A stretch of DNA of 64,000 bases. Origin: Thermodesulfobacteriota bacterium (GTDB lineage: Bacteria > Desulfobacterota_D > UBA1144 > Nemesobacterales > JAJCZQ01). The notes under the pieces are model-generated. The model was given only the letters and a program-made list of their open reading frames with translations, had not been told where the DNA came from and made no database searches. Positions 33,185-42,907 of this stretch are shown in pieces. The stretch lies in contig OZ244044.1 of NCBI GenBank assembly GCA_965215275.1, positions 1,888,001 through 1,952,000 on the forward strand, written 5' to 3'. A program made the translations under genes and the position numbers. Within the stretch, counting starts at the first letter, position 1, and every line of letters begins with the position of its first letter.

Positions 33185-33937
33185 GGGAATTATATAGGAA
33201 AGATGAAAAATCTTGTGGTCATTACGTTAATATAAGAACTATAAAAAGAGTCTACAAGTTGGTGAAGCAAGTCCACCAACGCTTTCAAAAGCCTTCTTAT
33301 TAAACAGTGCCTGTTGTTCATTAAATATGAAAGAGTTTAATGGGTAGAAAACCAAAGATATTTCCACTATGTATAAGTCATACCATATGTAGCTAAAAAA
33401 GGTCTTGCTCTAATGGCAAAACCAAAGTTTTACATGGATGGATTCAAGATAGGTTGAGAAATATGATTAGTGAATAATACACAATAAGAGGAATAATTAA
33501 TATATCCAGGACGGAGGAATTAGTACAGGGTATATGTTATCCCAAAAAGTTAATATTGTTATTAAAAGAAATAATTGTGATATTGGAGTTATTAGCTTTA
33601 AATTTGTTAATCCTAATTTGTAGTATAGGCGGAAGTGAATAATTACTTTGAACAACAGATAGGAAAACGGCAAATTCCAGTCGGAGTAATGTTAGTTTTT
33701 ATTCATATAACATACCTTACTAAACCTATACCTTATTACCGCAACGATGAGTATATTAGTAAGAATGACATTAATAGTTATAATGTATATAGTTTCCCTT
33801 TATTATATTTCGTTATCTGTATTGTTTTATTTCTTGCGTAGGTTGTTGGCCTGTTTTTGTCAATCCCGTTACGGTACTAATCAGATACTACTATCACTAT
33901 TTACGGTTAAGCATAATAATACACCGACTTTGTTAAA

Positions 33938-35656
33938 ATGAAAAACAACCTCAAGGATTATCTCGATTTAAAATTAGAGCATAAAAAGCCACCGCTCTCA
34001 ATAGAAAAGTATAGTGATAGTATAGAAGAGGTTAATTCATATAATTTGCAAGATATCCAAGAGCCCTGGATAAGTTTTTTGCTGGTTGCTCATAATGAAG
34101 ATGATTTATTGTTCAGAGCATTAAATTCTATCACATGTGCCAAATCAAAGTCGTATGAAATAGTAGTTGTTGATAATGGTCTATCCGAACCAGCTAAAGA
34201 GAAGTTACGGTCCTATTCCCTAAAGCATATTGTTATGAATAAAAACGTGGGAGGTGGAACGGGAAGGAACATAGGGAGTTTATACTGCAATGCACCCGTT
34301 ATTTTTTTTGTTGATGCCGATGGTTATCTTGAAGACGTGGACATAGCGTTTGATAAGGTTCAAGTTTTGATGAATGACGCTAAATTAGTGGCAATTAGAG
34401 GTAAGGTAAAACAGATCCATACCGGTTTGATTAGAACTGAACCGTGTCATTATGATTTAGGAGATGAAGTTATTCCTTGCTGTATAAATACTGAAGGTGT
34501 CTCGATGTTCAAGAGGAAGGATTTTATTGAGGTAGGAGGTTTTGAGGATGGTCTGTCTACACATGAAGGCTTGTTTCTGTGTTTTAGAATGGTTGAGTTC
34601 TATGGATATGACAAGGATTCTTTTCTTTATGATCCGGAATTAGTTTTATTTCACAATTATTATGATGACTTAACACATCTTTCATTAAAGTTAGAGAAAA
34701 TTGATGATTTATTTCATATATTGAGTCTGAAGTATCCACTTATACAAAGTTTTCGTAAGTATTATAAAGATATTGAATATAAATTAATGTTAAAGTTCAC
34801 CGTAGTAATTACCTCGTACAACAAAGGGAAATGGCTGAAGCAGGCAATTAACTCGGTTCTTAGCCAAACGTTGCAGGATGTGCAACTTATAGTAGTTGAT
34901 GATCGCTCGGACGAACCTGAGACGATCAAGGTTCTGGATGAGATATCAAAAGATGTTCATGTAATAAGACTGGATAAGAACAGAGGACTTTCAGCAGCTC
35001 GTAATGAAGGAATAAAGAATGCAGATTCTGAATATATATGTTGTCTTGACGGAGATGATTATTTGGAACCGACCTATTTAGAGAAAGCAAGGAATGTGTT
35101 TGAAAACTATAAAGATGTCGGGATAGTGGTTCCCTTTTATAATGATTTTGGAGATATTACTGGCAAGCAGAGTCATAGCAAAGGCAATATGAGTTTAGTC
35201 AGAATATTAACACAGAATTATATAGGAGTAGGAACATCTTGCTTCAGACAAGAAGCATCCGTTAAAGTGGGGATGTATGATGAAGGATTGGAGAGCCATG
35301 AAGATTGGGAGCACTGGATAAACATAGCTAAAGATGGATGGAAGATAAAAGTAATACCGGAATACTTAGTGAATATCAGAAGGCACGGACATTCAAAGTA
35401 TTTGAGTAATGTCAGTAAGGCAGGTGTCAATTGTACTTATATTACAAATAAGCACAAAAAGTTATATGAAAAACATTGGGTTGAGGTTTTAGCTGCAAAA
35501 CATCAGCTAGTTAATGACGTCTCAGTTAGACATAGAGAATTACAAAGTTTCCTGTTATTGCGGATTATATCTTGGGTATGGTTTAATGTGTTCAAGAGAT
35601 TTTTCCCTTCAAGTTTGCAGAAATTAATATACAAATTATTGTTTGGTTATAAATGA
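33938..35656 (+). CDS. Two-domain GT2 glycosyltransferase, paralog 3
   Basis: Two GT-A domains (VVVDNG...FVDAD; VVDD...LDGDD). Confidence 0.9.
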   Translation: MKNNLKDYLDLKLEHKKPPLSIEKYSDSIEEVNSYNLQDIQEPWISFLLVAHNEDDLLFRALNSITCAKSKSYEIVVVDNGLSEPAKEKLRSYSLKHIVMNKNVGGGTGRNIGSLYCNAPVIFFVDADGYLEDVDIAFDKVQVLMNDAKLVAIRGKVKQIHTGLIRTEPCHYDLGDEVIPCCINTEGVSMFKRKDFIEVGGFEDGLSTHEGLFLCFRMVEFYGYDKDSFLYDPELVLFHNYYDDLTHLSLKLEKIDDLFHILSLKYPLIQSFRKYYKDIEYKLMLKFTVVITSYNKGKWLKQAINSVLSQTLQDVQLIVVDDRSDEPETIKVLDEISKDVHVIRLDKNRGLSAARNEGIKNADSEYICCLDGDDYLEPTYLEKARNVFENYKDVGIVVPFYNDFGDITGKQSHSKGNMSLVRILTQNYIGVGTSCFRQEASVKVGMYDEGLESHEDWEHWINIAKDGWKIKVIPEYLVNIRRHGHSKYLSNVSKAGVNCTYITNKHKKLYEKHWVEVLAAKHQLVNDVSVRHRELQSFLLLRIISWVWFNVFKRFFPSSLQKLIYKLLFGYK

Positions 35657-35980
35657 CTATTGCTCTATAAAGGACTAATTTATCCGTTCGTATAGATTAT
35701 ATTTGTTAAATATATGGTAAGATAAGTTCCTATTTATCCTACTATATATACAAGTTCCTTGTTTTTTATAAGTCCTGATAATTTAAGTTTAGGGTATTAC
35801 ATTTACAGATGTAATACCACCACATATTTTATGCCCAGAGTATTTTTTCAAGTATGATCTGATGTAATGGCAAGATGTGGTAGCTCATCAGTCAAGAAAT
35901 GGTTGTCTGGAGAGCATAAAATACAATTTTCCAGTGAGGATTAGACAATGGACAGGAGTCTCCTCTGCGTTTTATATATT

Positions 35981-37274
35981 GGGGATTATATACAATAGTG
36001 ACGAAGTCTCCAAATAAACAGTTGACAAAGCTAAAGTTTTGTCAGTATTAGAGGTAAGAAAGTTAAATAATTGGGAGGAAGTTATATGTCAAACAAAGCA
36101 CATGGGAAATCATACAGGAAAGGGATATCGTTAGTTAATTTATTCAAGAAATTTCCTGACGATGCCGTTGCAGAGAAATGGTTTTCCGAACAGAGGTGGG
36201 GAAAGGAACCCGTTTGTCCGTATTGTGGGACAAGAAACGTTCAAACTGGAATAGGTCATAAGACCATGTCGTACAGGTTCAGGGAAAAAGGATGTGCAAA
36301 ATGGTTTAGTGTAAGTATCAGGACAGTTATGCAGTCCTCTAATATCAAGTATCAGGTTTGGGCAGTAGCTATATATCTATTTACCACGTCATTAAAGGGA
36401 GTATCAAGTATGAAACTGCATTGAGATCTGGATATTACCCAGAGAACAGCATGGCATTTATCGCATCGGATCAGAGAGGCATGGAACAGAGAAGAACTGA
36501 AAGTGTTTACAGGTGGAAAGGAGAGAAATAAACATAAGGACAAGCGTAGTCATACACGAGGGCCTGGTGGGAAGTCAATTGTTACAGGAATGAAGAACGG
36601 AGAGACAAACAGAGTGATAGCACAACTTGTTGGTGAACGGAGTAAAGAGGAAATACAGGGTTTTTATAGTAAAGAAGGTCGGTCGGGGAGTAAAAATATA
36701 TACCGATGATCATAAAAGCTATACAGGGCTGCCTTATGACCATGAAAGCGTGAATCATAGTGTAAGGGAATATGTTAAAGAGCAGGCATATGTAAACGGA
36801 GTGGTATCATTCTGGGCAATGTTAAAAAGAGGATATAACTGCACATTCCACAGAATGAGTAAAAAGCATTTAAATCGTTATGTAAATGAGTTTGCGGGAA
36901 GGCATAATATAAGAAGACTGGATACGAAAGATCAGATGGGAACAATAGCAAAGGCAATGTATGGAAAAATCTTGCCTTATAAAGAACTGATAAGGTAAGA
37001 TGAATAATGTTATACGATAAAAAACAGACCAAAAAAATAAAATAAACTTACAATGACGAATAAGAAAAAAACAACAGAGATCTTACCAGGCAGTTATGAA
37101 CCAACAGAAGAAGAGAAAGAGCATCCGTTTGCTATTTATACAACTCCGCAAAAGTTAGCAAAAGCTATCCTCCAGCCTGTCAATGTTAAAAAGAAGGGTG
37201 TAAAGAAACACATTGCTGAACGTTCAAAAAACAAGAAATAATCCAGGCTTCGTCACTATTGTATATAATTCCCC
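35981..37274 (+). mobile_element. IS1595-family element, defective, copy 3
   Basis: Identical ORF translations and TIRs; sits at the junction of the GT2 duplication. Confidence 0.93.
37053..37241 (+). CDS. 62-aa basic IS1595 accessory protein
   Basis: Identical to the other two copies. Confidence 0.6.
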   Translation: MTNKKKTTEILPGSYEPTEEEKEHPFAIYTTPQKLAKAILQPVNVKKKGVKKHIAERSKNKK

Positions 37275-37454
37275 AAAATAGATGACATTAATAGTTATAA
37301 TGTATATAGTTTCCCTTTATTATATTTCGTTATCTGTATTGTTTTATTTCTTGCGTAGGTTGTTGGCCTGTTTTTGTCAATCCCGTTACGGTACTAATCA
37401 GATACTACTATCACTATTTACGGTTAAGCATAATAATACACCGACTTTGTTAAA

Positions 37455-39863
37455 ATGAAAAACAACCTCAAGGATTATCTCGATTTAAAATTAGAGCATA
37501 AAAAGCCACCGCTCTCAATAGAAAAGTATAGTGATAGTATAGAAGAGGTTAATTCATATAATTTGCAAGATATCCAAGAGCCCTGGATAAGTTTTTTGCT
37601 GGTTGCTCATAATGAAGATGATTTATTGTTCAGAGCATTAAATTCTATCACATGTGCCAAATCAAAGTCGTATGAAATAGTAGTTGTTGATAATGGTCTA
37701 TCCGAACCAGCTAAAGAGAAGTTACGGTCCTATTCCCTAAAGCATATTGTTATGAATAAAAACGTGGGAGGTGGAACGGGAAGGAACATAGGGAGTTTAT
37801 ACTGTAATGCACCCGTTATTTTTTTTGTTGATGCCGATGGTTATCTTGAAGATGTGAACATAGCTTTTGATAAGGTTCAAGTTCTGATGAATGACGATAA
37901 ATTGGTGGCAATTAGGGGTAAGGTAAAACAGATCCATACCGGTTTGATTAGAACTGAACCGTGTCATTATGATATAGGAGATGAAGTTATTCCTTGCTGT
38001 ATAAATACTGAAGGTGTCTCAATGTTCAAGAGGAAGGATTTTATTGAGGTAGGAGGTTTTGAGGATGGTATGGTGGGACACGAGGGTACATTTTTGTGTT
38101 TTAGAATGGTTGAGTTCTATGGATATGACAAGGATTCTTTTCTTTATGATCCGGAATTAGTTTTATTTCACAATTATTATGATGACTTAACACATCTTTC
38201 ATTAAAGTTAGAGAAAATTGATGATTTATTTCATATATTGAGTCTGAAGTATCCACTTATACAAAGTTTTCGTAAGTATTATAAAGATATTGAATATAAA
38301 TTAATGTTAAAGTTCACCGTAGTAATTACCTCGTACAACAAAGGGAAATGGCTGAAGCAGGCAATTAACTCGGTTCTTAGCCAAACGTTGCAGGATGTGC
38401 AACTTATAGTAGTTGATGATCGCTCGGACGAACCTGAGACGATCAAGGTTCTGGATGAGATATCAAAAGATGTTCATGTAATAAGACTGGATAAGAACAG
38501 AGGACTTTCAGCAGCTCGTAATGAAGGAATAAAGAATGCAGATTCTGAATATATATGTTGTCTTGACGGAGATGATTATTTGGAACCGACCTATTTAGAG
38601 AAAGCAAGGAATGTGTTTGAAAACTATAAAGATGTCGGGATAGTGGTTCCCTTTTATAATGATTTTGGAGATATTACTGGCAAGCAGAGTCATAGCAAAG
38701 GCAATATGAGTTTAGTCAGAATATTAACACAGAATTATATAGGAGTAGGAACATCTTGCTTCAGACAAGAAGCATCCGTTAAAGTGGGGATGTATGATGA
38801 AGGATTGGAGAGCCATGAAGATTGGGAGCACTGGATAAACATAGCTAAAGATGGATGGAAGATAAAAGTAATACCGGAATACTTAGTGAATATCAGAAGG
38901 CACGGACATTCATTACATTTGAGTAGTATTGGTAAGGCAGATACCTATTATGCTTATATTATAAATAAGCACAGAAAGTTATATGAAAAACACTGGGTTG
39001 AGGTCTTAGCCGCAAAACATCTGTATATTGAAAATTTGAGAGTCTGGCATAGAAAAGTGAAGGCCCAACATAAAGATTTAGAAGTTAAACATAAAGATTT
39101 AGAAGTTAAACATAAAGATTTAGAAGTTAAACATAAAGATTTAGAAGTTAAACATAAAGATTTAGAAGTTAAACATAAAGATTTAGAAGTTAAACATAAA
39201 GATTTAGAAGTTAAACATAAAGATTTAGAAGTTAAACATAAAGATTTAGAAGTTAAACATAAAGATTTAGAAGTTAAACATAAAGATTTAGAAGTTAAAC
39301 ATAAAGATTTAGAAGTTAAACATAAAGATTTAGAAGTTAAACATAAAGATTTAGAAGTTAAACATAAAGATTTAGAAGTTAAACATAAAGATTTAGAAGT
39401 TAAACATAAAGATTTAGAAGTTAAACATAAAGATTTAGAAGTTAAACATAAAGATTTAGAAGTTAAACATAAAGATTTAGAAGTTAAACATAAAGATTTA
39501 GAAGTTAAACATAAAGATTTAGAAGTTAAACATAAAGATTTAGAAGTTAAACATAAAGATTTAGAAGTTAAACATAAAGATTTAGAAGTTAAACATAAAG
39601 ATTTAGAAGTTAAACATAAAGATTTAGAAGTTAAACATAAAGATTTAGAAGTTAAACATAAAGATTTAGAAGTTAAACATAAAGATTTAGAAGTTAAACA
39701 TAAAGATTTAGAAGTTAAACATAAAGATTTAGAAGTTAAACATAAAAGATTACAAAGTTTCTTGTTATTACGGATTATGTCTTGGGTATGGTCTAACGTA
39801 TTCAAAAAATTGCTCCCTAATGGTCTGCAGAAGTTAATATACAAATTATTGTTTGGTTATTGA
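37455..39863 (+). CDS. Two-domain GT2 glycosyltransferase with 32x HKDLEVK heptad insert, paralog 4
   Basis: Duplicate of 33938-35656 plus an in-frame tandem repeat before the C-terminal amphipathic helix. Confidence 0.9.
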   Translation: MKNNLKDYLDLKLEHKKPPLSIEKYSDSIEEVNSYNLQDIQEPWISFLLVAHNEDDLLFRALNSITCAKSKSYEIVVVDNGLSEPAKEKLRSYSLKHIVMNKNVGGGTGRNIGSLYCNAPVIFFVDADGYLEDVNIAFDKVQVLMNDDKLVAIRGKVKQIHTGLIRTEPCHYDIGDEVIPCCINTEGVSMFKRKDFIEVGGFEDGMVGHEGTFLCFRMVEFYGYDKDSFLYDPELVLFHNYYDDLTHLSLKLEKIDDLFHILSLKYPLIQSFRKYYKDIEYKLMLKFTVVITSYNKGKWLKQAINSVLSQTLQDVQLIVVDDRSDEPETIKVLDEISKDVHVIRLDKNRGLSAARNEGIKNADSEYICCLDGDDYLEPTYLEKARNVFENYKDVGIVVPFYNDFGDITGKQSHSKGNMSLVRILTQNYIGVGTSCFRQEASVKVGMYDEGLESHEDWEHWINIAKDGWKIKVIPEYLVNIRRHGHSLHLSSIGKADTYYAYIINKHRKLYEKHWVEVLAAKHLYIENLRVWHRKVKAQHKDLEVKHKDLEVKHKDLEVKHKDLEVKHKDLEVKHKDLEVKHKDLEVKHKDLEVKHKDLEVKHKDLEVKHKDLEVKHKDLEVKHKDLEVKHKDLEVKHKDLEVKHKDLEVKHKDLEVKHKDLEVKHKDLEVKHKDLEVKHKDLEVKHKDLEVKHKDLEVKHKDLEVKHKDLEVKHKDLEVKHKDLEVKHKDLEVKHKDLEVKHKDLEVKHKDLEVKHKDLEVKHKRLQSFLLLRIMSWVWSNVFKKLLPNGLQKLIYKLLFGY
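39069..39740 (+). repeat. Perfect coding tandem repeat, 32 x 21 bp (cataaagatttagaagttaaa)
   Basis: 672 bp = 32 units; no mismatches or spacers seen. Confidence 0.97.
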
Positions 39864-39899
39864 TGACTATTGCCTTATAAAGGACTAATTTATCCGTTT

Positions 39900-40970
39900 G
39901 CTGAAAGGTTATGGGGTAAAGATGAGAAGAACAGGTTTTGTCCTCGCTGGGGAAGTGTGAGAACGGTAAGAGATAAACATGCAATGCCGTATAGATGTAA
40001 GGATTGCAGAAAAAGGTTTAGTGTGTCAGACAGGGGACTATATTAGAACAAAGCAAATTATCGCTCCATATTTGGTTTATGTCTGTTTACTTATTAACAA
40101 CCAATCTTAAAGGAGTTTCAAGTTTGAAATTTTCAAGGGATTTAGAAGTAACGCAAAAGACAGCTTGGTTTTTAGTGCCCAGTATAAGAAAAGCGTTTGA
40201 AGAGCAGTCGGATAATCATTTACTGTCTCAAATAGAGATGGATGAGACCTATGTAGGTGGATTATCAAAGAACAAACATGCCAGCAAGAAGACAGAAGGG
40301 ACACAAGGTAGAAGTACTAAGACTAAGTCTGCAGTAGTAGGAATTAAGTCAAGGGTAGATAAGAAAGTTAAAGCAAAGGTAACAGAAACTGTTGAGAAGT
40401 AAGAACTACAGAGTATGATAAAAGAGACAGTTAGAGATGAATCAACGGTTTATACAGATGAGAATTCAGGATATAGCGAACTGAATAAGAGAGGATATGA
40501 TCACGAGACAGTTGATCATAGCGTGGGAGAGTATATATTAAAGGTTGAGCACATACCAAAGGGATAGAGAGTTTCTGGTCTATGTTCAAAAGGGGATATA
40601 ATTGCAACATATCACTATATGAATAAGAAACACTTGCAACACTACATTGATGAGTACGCGGGCAGCCACAATAACAGACTATTATCCACTATGGATCAGA
40701 TCGCAAAGGTCATAAAAGGATTGGTCAGGTAAGCGTCTTAGATACGAGGAATTAATTAGATGAATGTATATCTTAAGTGAGAGAGGGGATAAATGGGAAG
40801 AAAACCAAAATTAATACAGCCTATTAAAGTTTCTATGGAAGAGAAGAGAGAGTGGATGCTATATTTGCTAAACAAAAGGCTATTATCAAGGCAAGAAGAC
40901 TTAAAAACAAATTAAAAGTTAATGATAACAGGTAGTTAGATCTTTTTGGTTAATTAAGTATATAATTCCC
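39900..40970 (+). mobile_element. IS1595 pseudo-element (stops and frameshifts) with frameshifted accessory ORF at 40793
   Basis: IEMDETYVGG and YTDENSG fragments; right end aattaagtatataattccc; paralog of 30630-31601. Confidence 0.85.
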
Positions 40971-42141
40971 TTTTATAATGCTCAATTGCGATTTTGTTTA
41001 ATTTATGTAAGTCATGGTTTTTCTCTATCTTTTTTCTTGCGTTTCTTGAGAGTTTTTCTCTTAAACAAGGGTTGTCAATTAATTTTTGCAATGCTTCTGA
41101 TAGTTCGTTAATGCTTTTTTCCTGCACGAGCAGTCCTGTGACGTTGTTTTCTACAAGTTCAGGGATTCCACTGTGGAAAGTTGATAACACGGGCAATCCC
41201 GTAGCCATTGCCTCCATTAAAACAACTGGTATTCCTTCCATATCATCATTCTCAGCAGTTACTGAAGGCAGAATAAATATATCTGAGGAATATAAGTGGT
41301 CTCTGATTTTATTTTTTGCTACTGCACCGATTAATCTTACTTTGTTATTTAGCTTATTCTCCTGGATTAGATTATTGAGAGCAGTGTACTGATCGTAATT
41401 AGTGTGTACAGGACTGCCCCCAATGATTTCATAAACGATATTTTTATCTGGATTTTTATTCAGATAACTTTTAAATGCAAGAATGCTGTAATAAAATCCT
41501 TTCTTTTCAACTAATCTTCCAATACTTAGTAATTTTGTGGGTTTTTTATCAGGGTTTTTATATTTGAAATAATTTAAATCTATACCCATCTTATGGACTT
41601 TTATTTTTGATTCTGGAAATCCTAAACTGACTAATTTTGATTTCCAATACTTACAGACCGGCAAAAACAGGTCGCCATTATTCATTAAATCCGCATATAC
41701 CCCCCCCCTATACTTAAGAAATGCGCTAATATCATAGCCGTGAAAAGAGGTTATGATTTTACCGTTGAAAAATTTTAATTGTTTTAATTTAGAAACTAAA
41801 CGTCCAAGTGTACCGAAGTGGCAGTGAATAATATCTGGACGTTTAGCTAATAGATAGATTAATAGAGAAACTTCCTCGGGCGAAATCTTTATTCTAAAAT
41901 GTTCAGGATAAAACCTGATTTTATTTATTAGTAAAGAAGCGATTCTATCAGAAATGTGTTTATCAAGATAATCCACTATGTTTATCACATTCTCAAATTC
42001 GTCATGTTTTGTGTATACATCTAAATGTTTTAACGATAGGACTCTTATATTAATATTTGAATTTAACAGGGATACAATTTGGTTTAATATGAAACTTTGA
42101 GATATCTCTGGAAATCTATCTACCAAGAATAGTATTTTCAC
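40954..42141 (-). CDS. Glycosyltransferase family 4 (WcaL-like), in-frame G9 tract at 41700-41708
   Basis: IHCHFG, SIGRLVEKKG, DMEGIPVVLMEAMATGLPV. Confidence 0.9.
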   Translation of the reverse strand: MKILFLVDRFPEISQSFILNQIVSLLNSNINIRVLSLKHLDVYTKHDEFENVINIVDYLDKHISDRIASLLINKIRFYPEHFRIKISPEEVSLLIYLLAKRPDIIHCHFGTLGRLVSKLKQLKFFNGKIITSFHGYDISAFLKYRGGVYADLMNNGDLFLPVCKYWKSKLVSLGFPESKIKVHKMGIDLNYFKYKNPDKKPTKLLSIGRLVEKKGFYYSILAFKSYLNKNPDKNIVYEIIGGSPVHTNYDQYTALNNLIQENKLNNKVRLIGAVAKNKIRDHLYSSDIFILPSVTAENDDMEGIPVVLMEAMATGLPVLSTFHSGIPELVENNVTGLLVQEKSINELSEALQKLIDNPCLREKLSRNARKKIEKNHDLHKLNKIAIEHYKRELYT

Positions 42142-42401
42142 TGATGGTTTAAAGGATAATTTAACAATGTTTATGTATAATTAAGATGTGTTTCTATAAT
42201 TACCTAAATTTAAAAGGTGATAATATATACAAGAAAGTTAACAAAATAGCAATAGCGAAGAATCTAAAAAATGGTTTTGCTTTAATATGTTGTTTATAAG
42301 AATACATCTAATGTTTTATGACGAAAACAATAAAGAAGAATAAAATATAGTTTGTCAACTAAATATAGATAATTTTTGTGAATTAAAGGTAATTCCAGTT
42401 A

Positions 42402-42893
42402 ATGAAAACAAGATATTTTGTTTCAAGAGCACTGTTGCTTTGTTTGCTTATTGTTCCTGTCATTTTAATCCATGGTCCTTACCGTATTGAACCTTATCCT
42501 GCGGTGATTTTGCCAAGAGGAGGTCATCCAGGCAAATATTTGGGTAGTGAGTTTAGAGTTCAGCGTGAGTTTAGACTTTATATATTAAAGAAAAATGCAG
42601 AGGTGAAAGTTGATTATATACAGTTTTTTAGACCTATGTCTCGTTATGCAAAGTATATAATGAAAAATAATTTTGGATTAGGTAAGGAGGGGGGGGGTAA
42701 ATTCCACGGACTCTCGGCAACAACCAGGAGGGAAGGGATAAAATGGATAAAACATCGTTTAAATAAACTAACTGGTTTGGATAAAGAAGTGATTAAAGGA
42801 TTAAAATACGAGCAGTGCAGATTAGAAATATATTATGACCCGGAACGGCCAAATAAAGAAAGATGTTATATTAAAAGTGTAATACTTTTTTAG
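42402..42893 (+). CDS. Membrane-anchored hypothetical protein, partner of HTTM-like gene; in-frame G9 tract 42689-42697
   Basis: N-terminal TM, EPYPAVILP motif; paralog at 49616-50112. Confidence 0.75.
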   Translation: MKTRYFVSRALLLCLLIVPVILIHGPYRIEPYPAVILPRGGHPGKYLGSEFRVQREFRLYILKKNAEVKVDYIQFFRPMSRYAKYIMKNNFGLGKEGGGKFHGLSATTRREGIKWIKHRLNKLTGLDKEVIKGLKYEQCRLEIYYDPERPNKERCYIKSVILF

Positions 42894-42907
42894 TTTATAA
42901 GTGAGTT

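Noticed and set aside
33185..33630. Possible restriction-endonuclease relic
   Set aside because: Too many stops to support any assignment.
39069..39740. CRISPR array
   Set aside because: Head-to-tail repeats without spacers, in frame within a CDS, and no cas genes.
11716..39863. Diversity-generating retroelement behind TPR or GT variation
   Set aside because: No reverse transcriptase in the window; differences between copies include non-adenine positions and synonymous changes.
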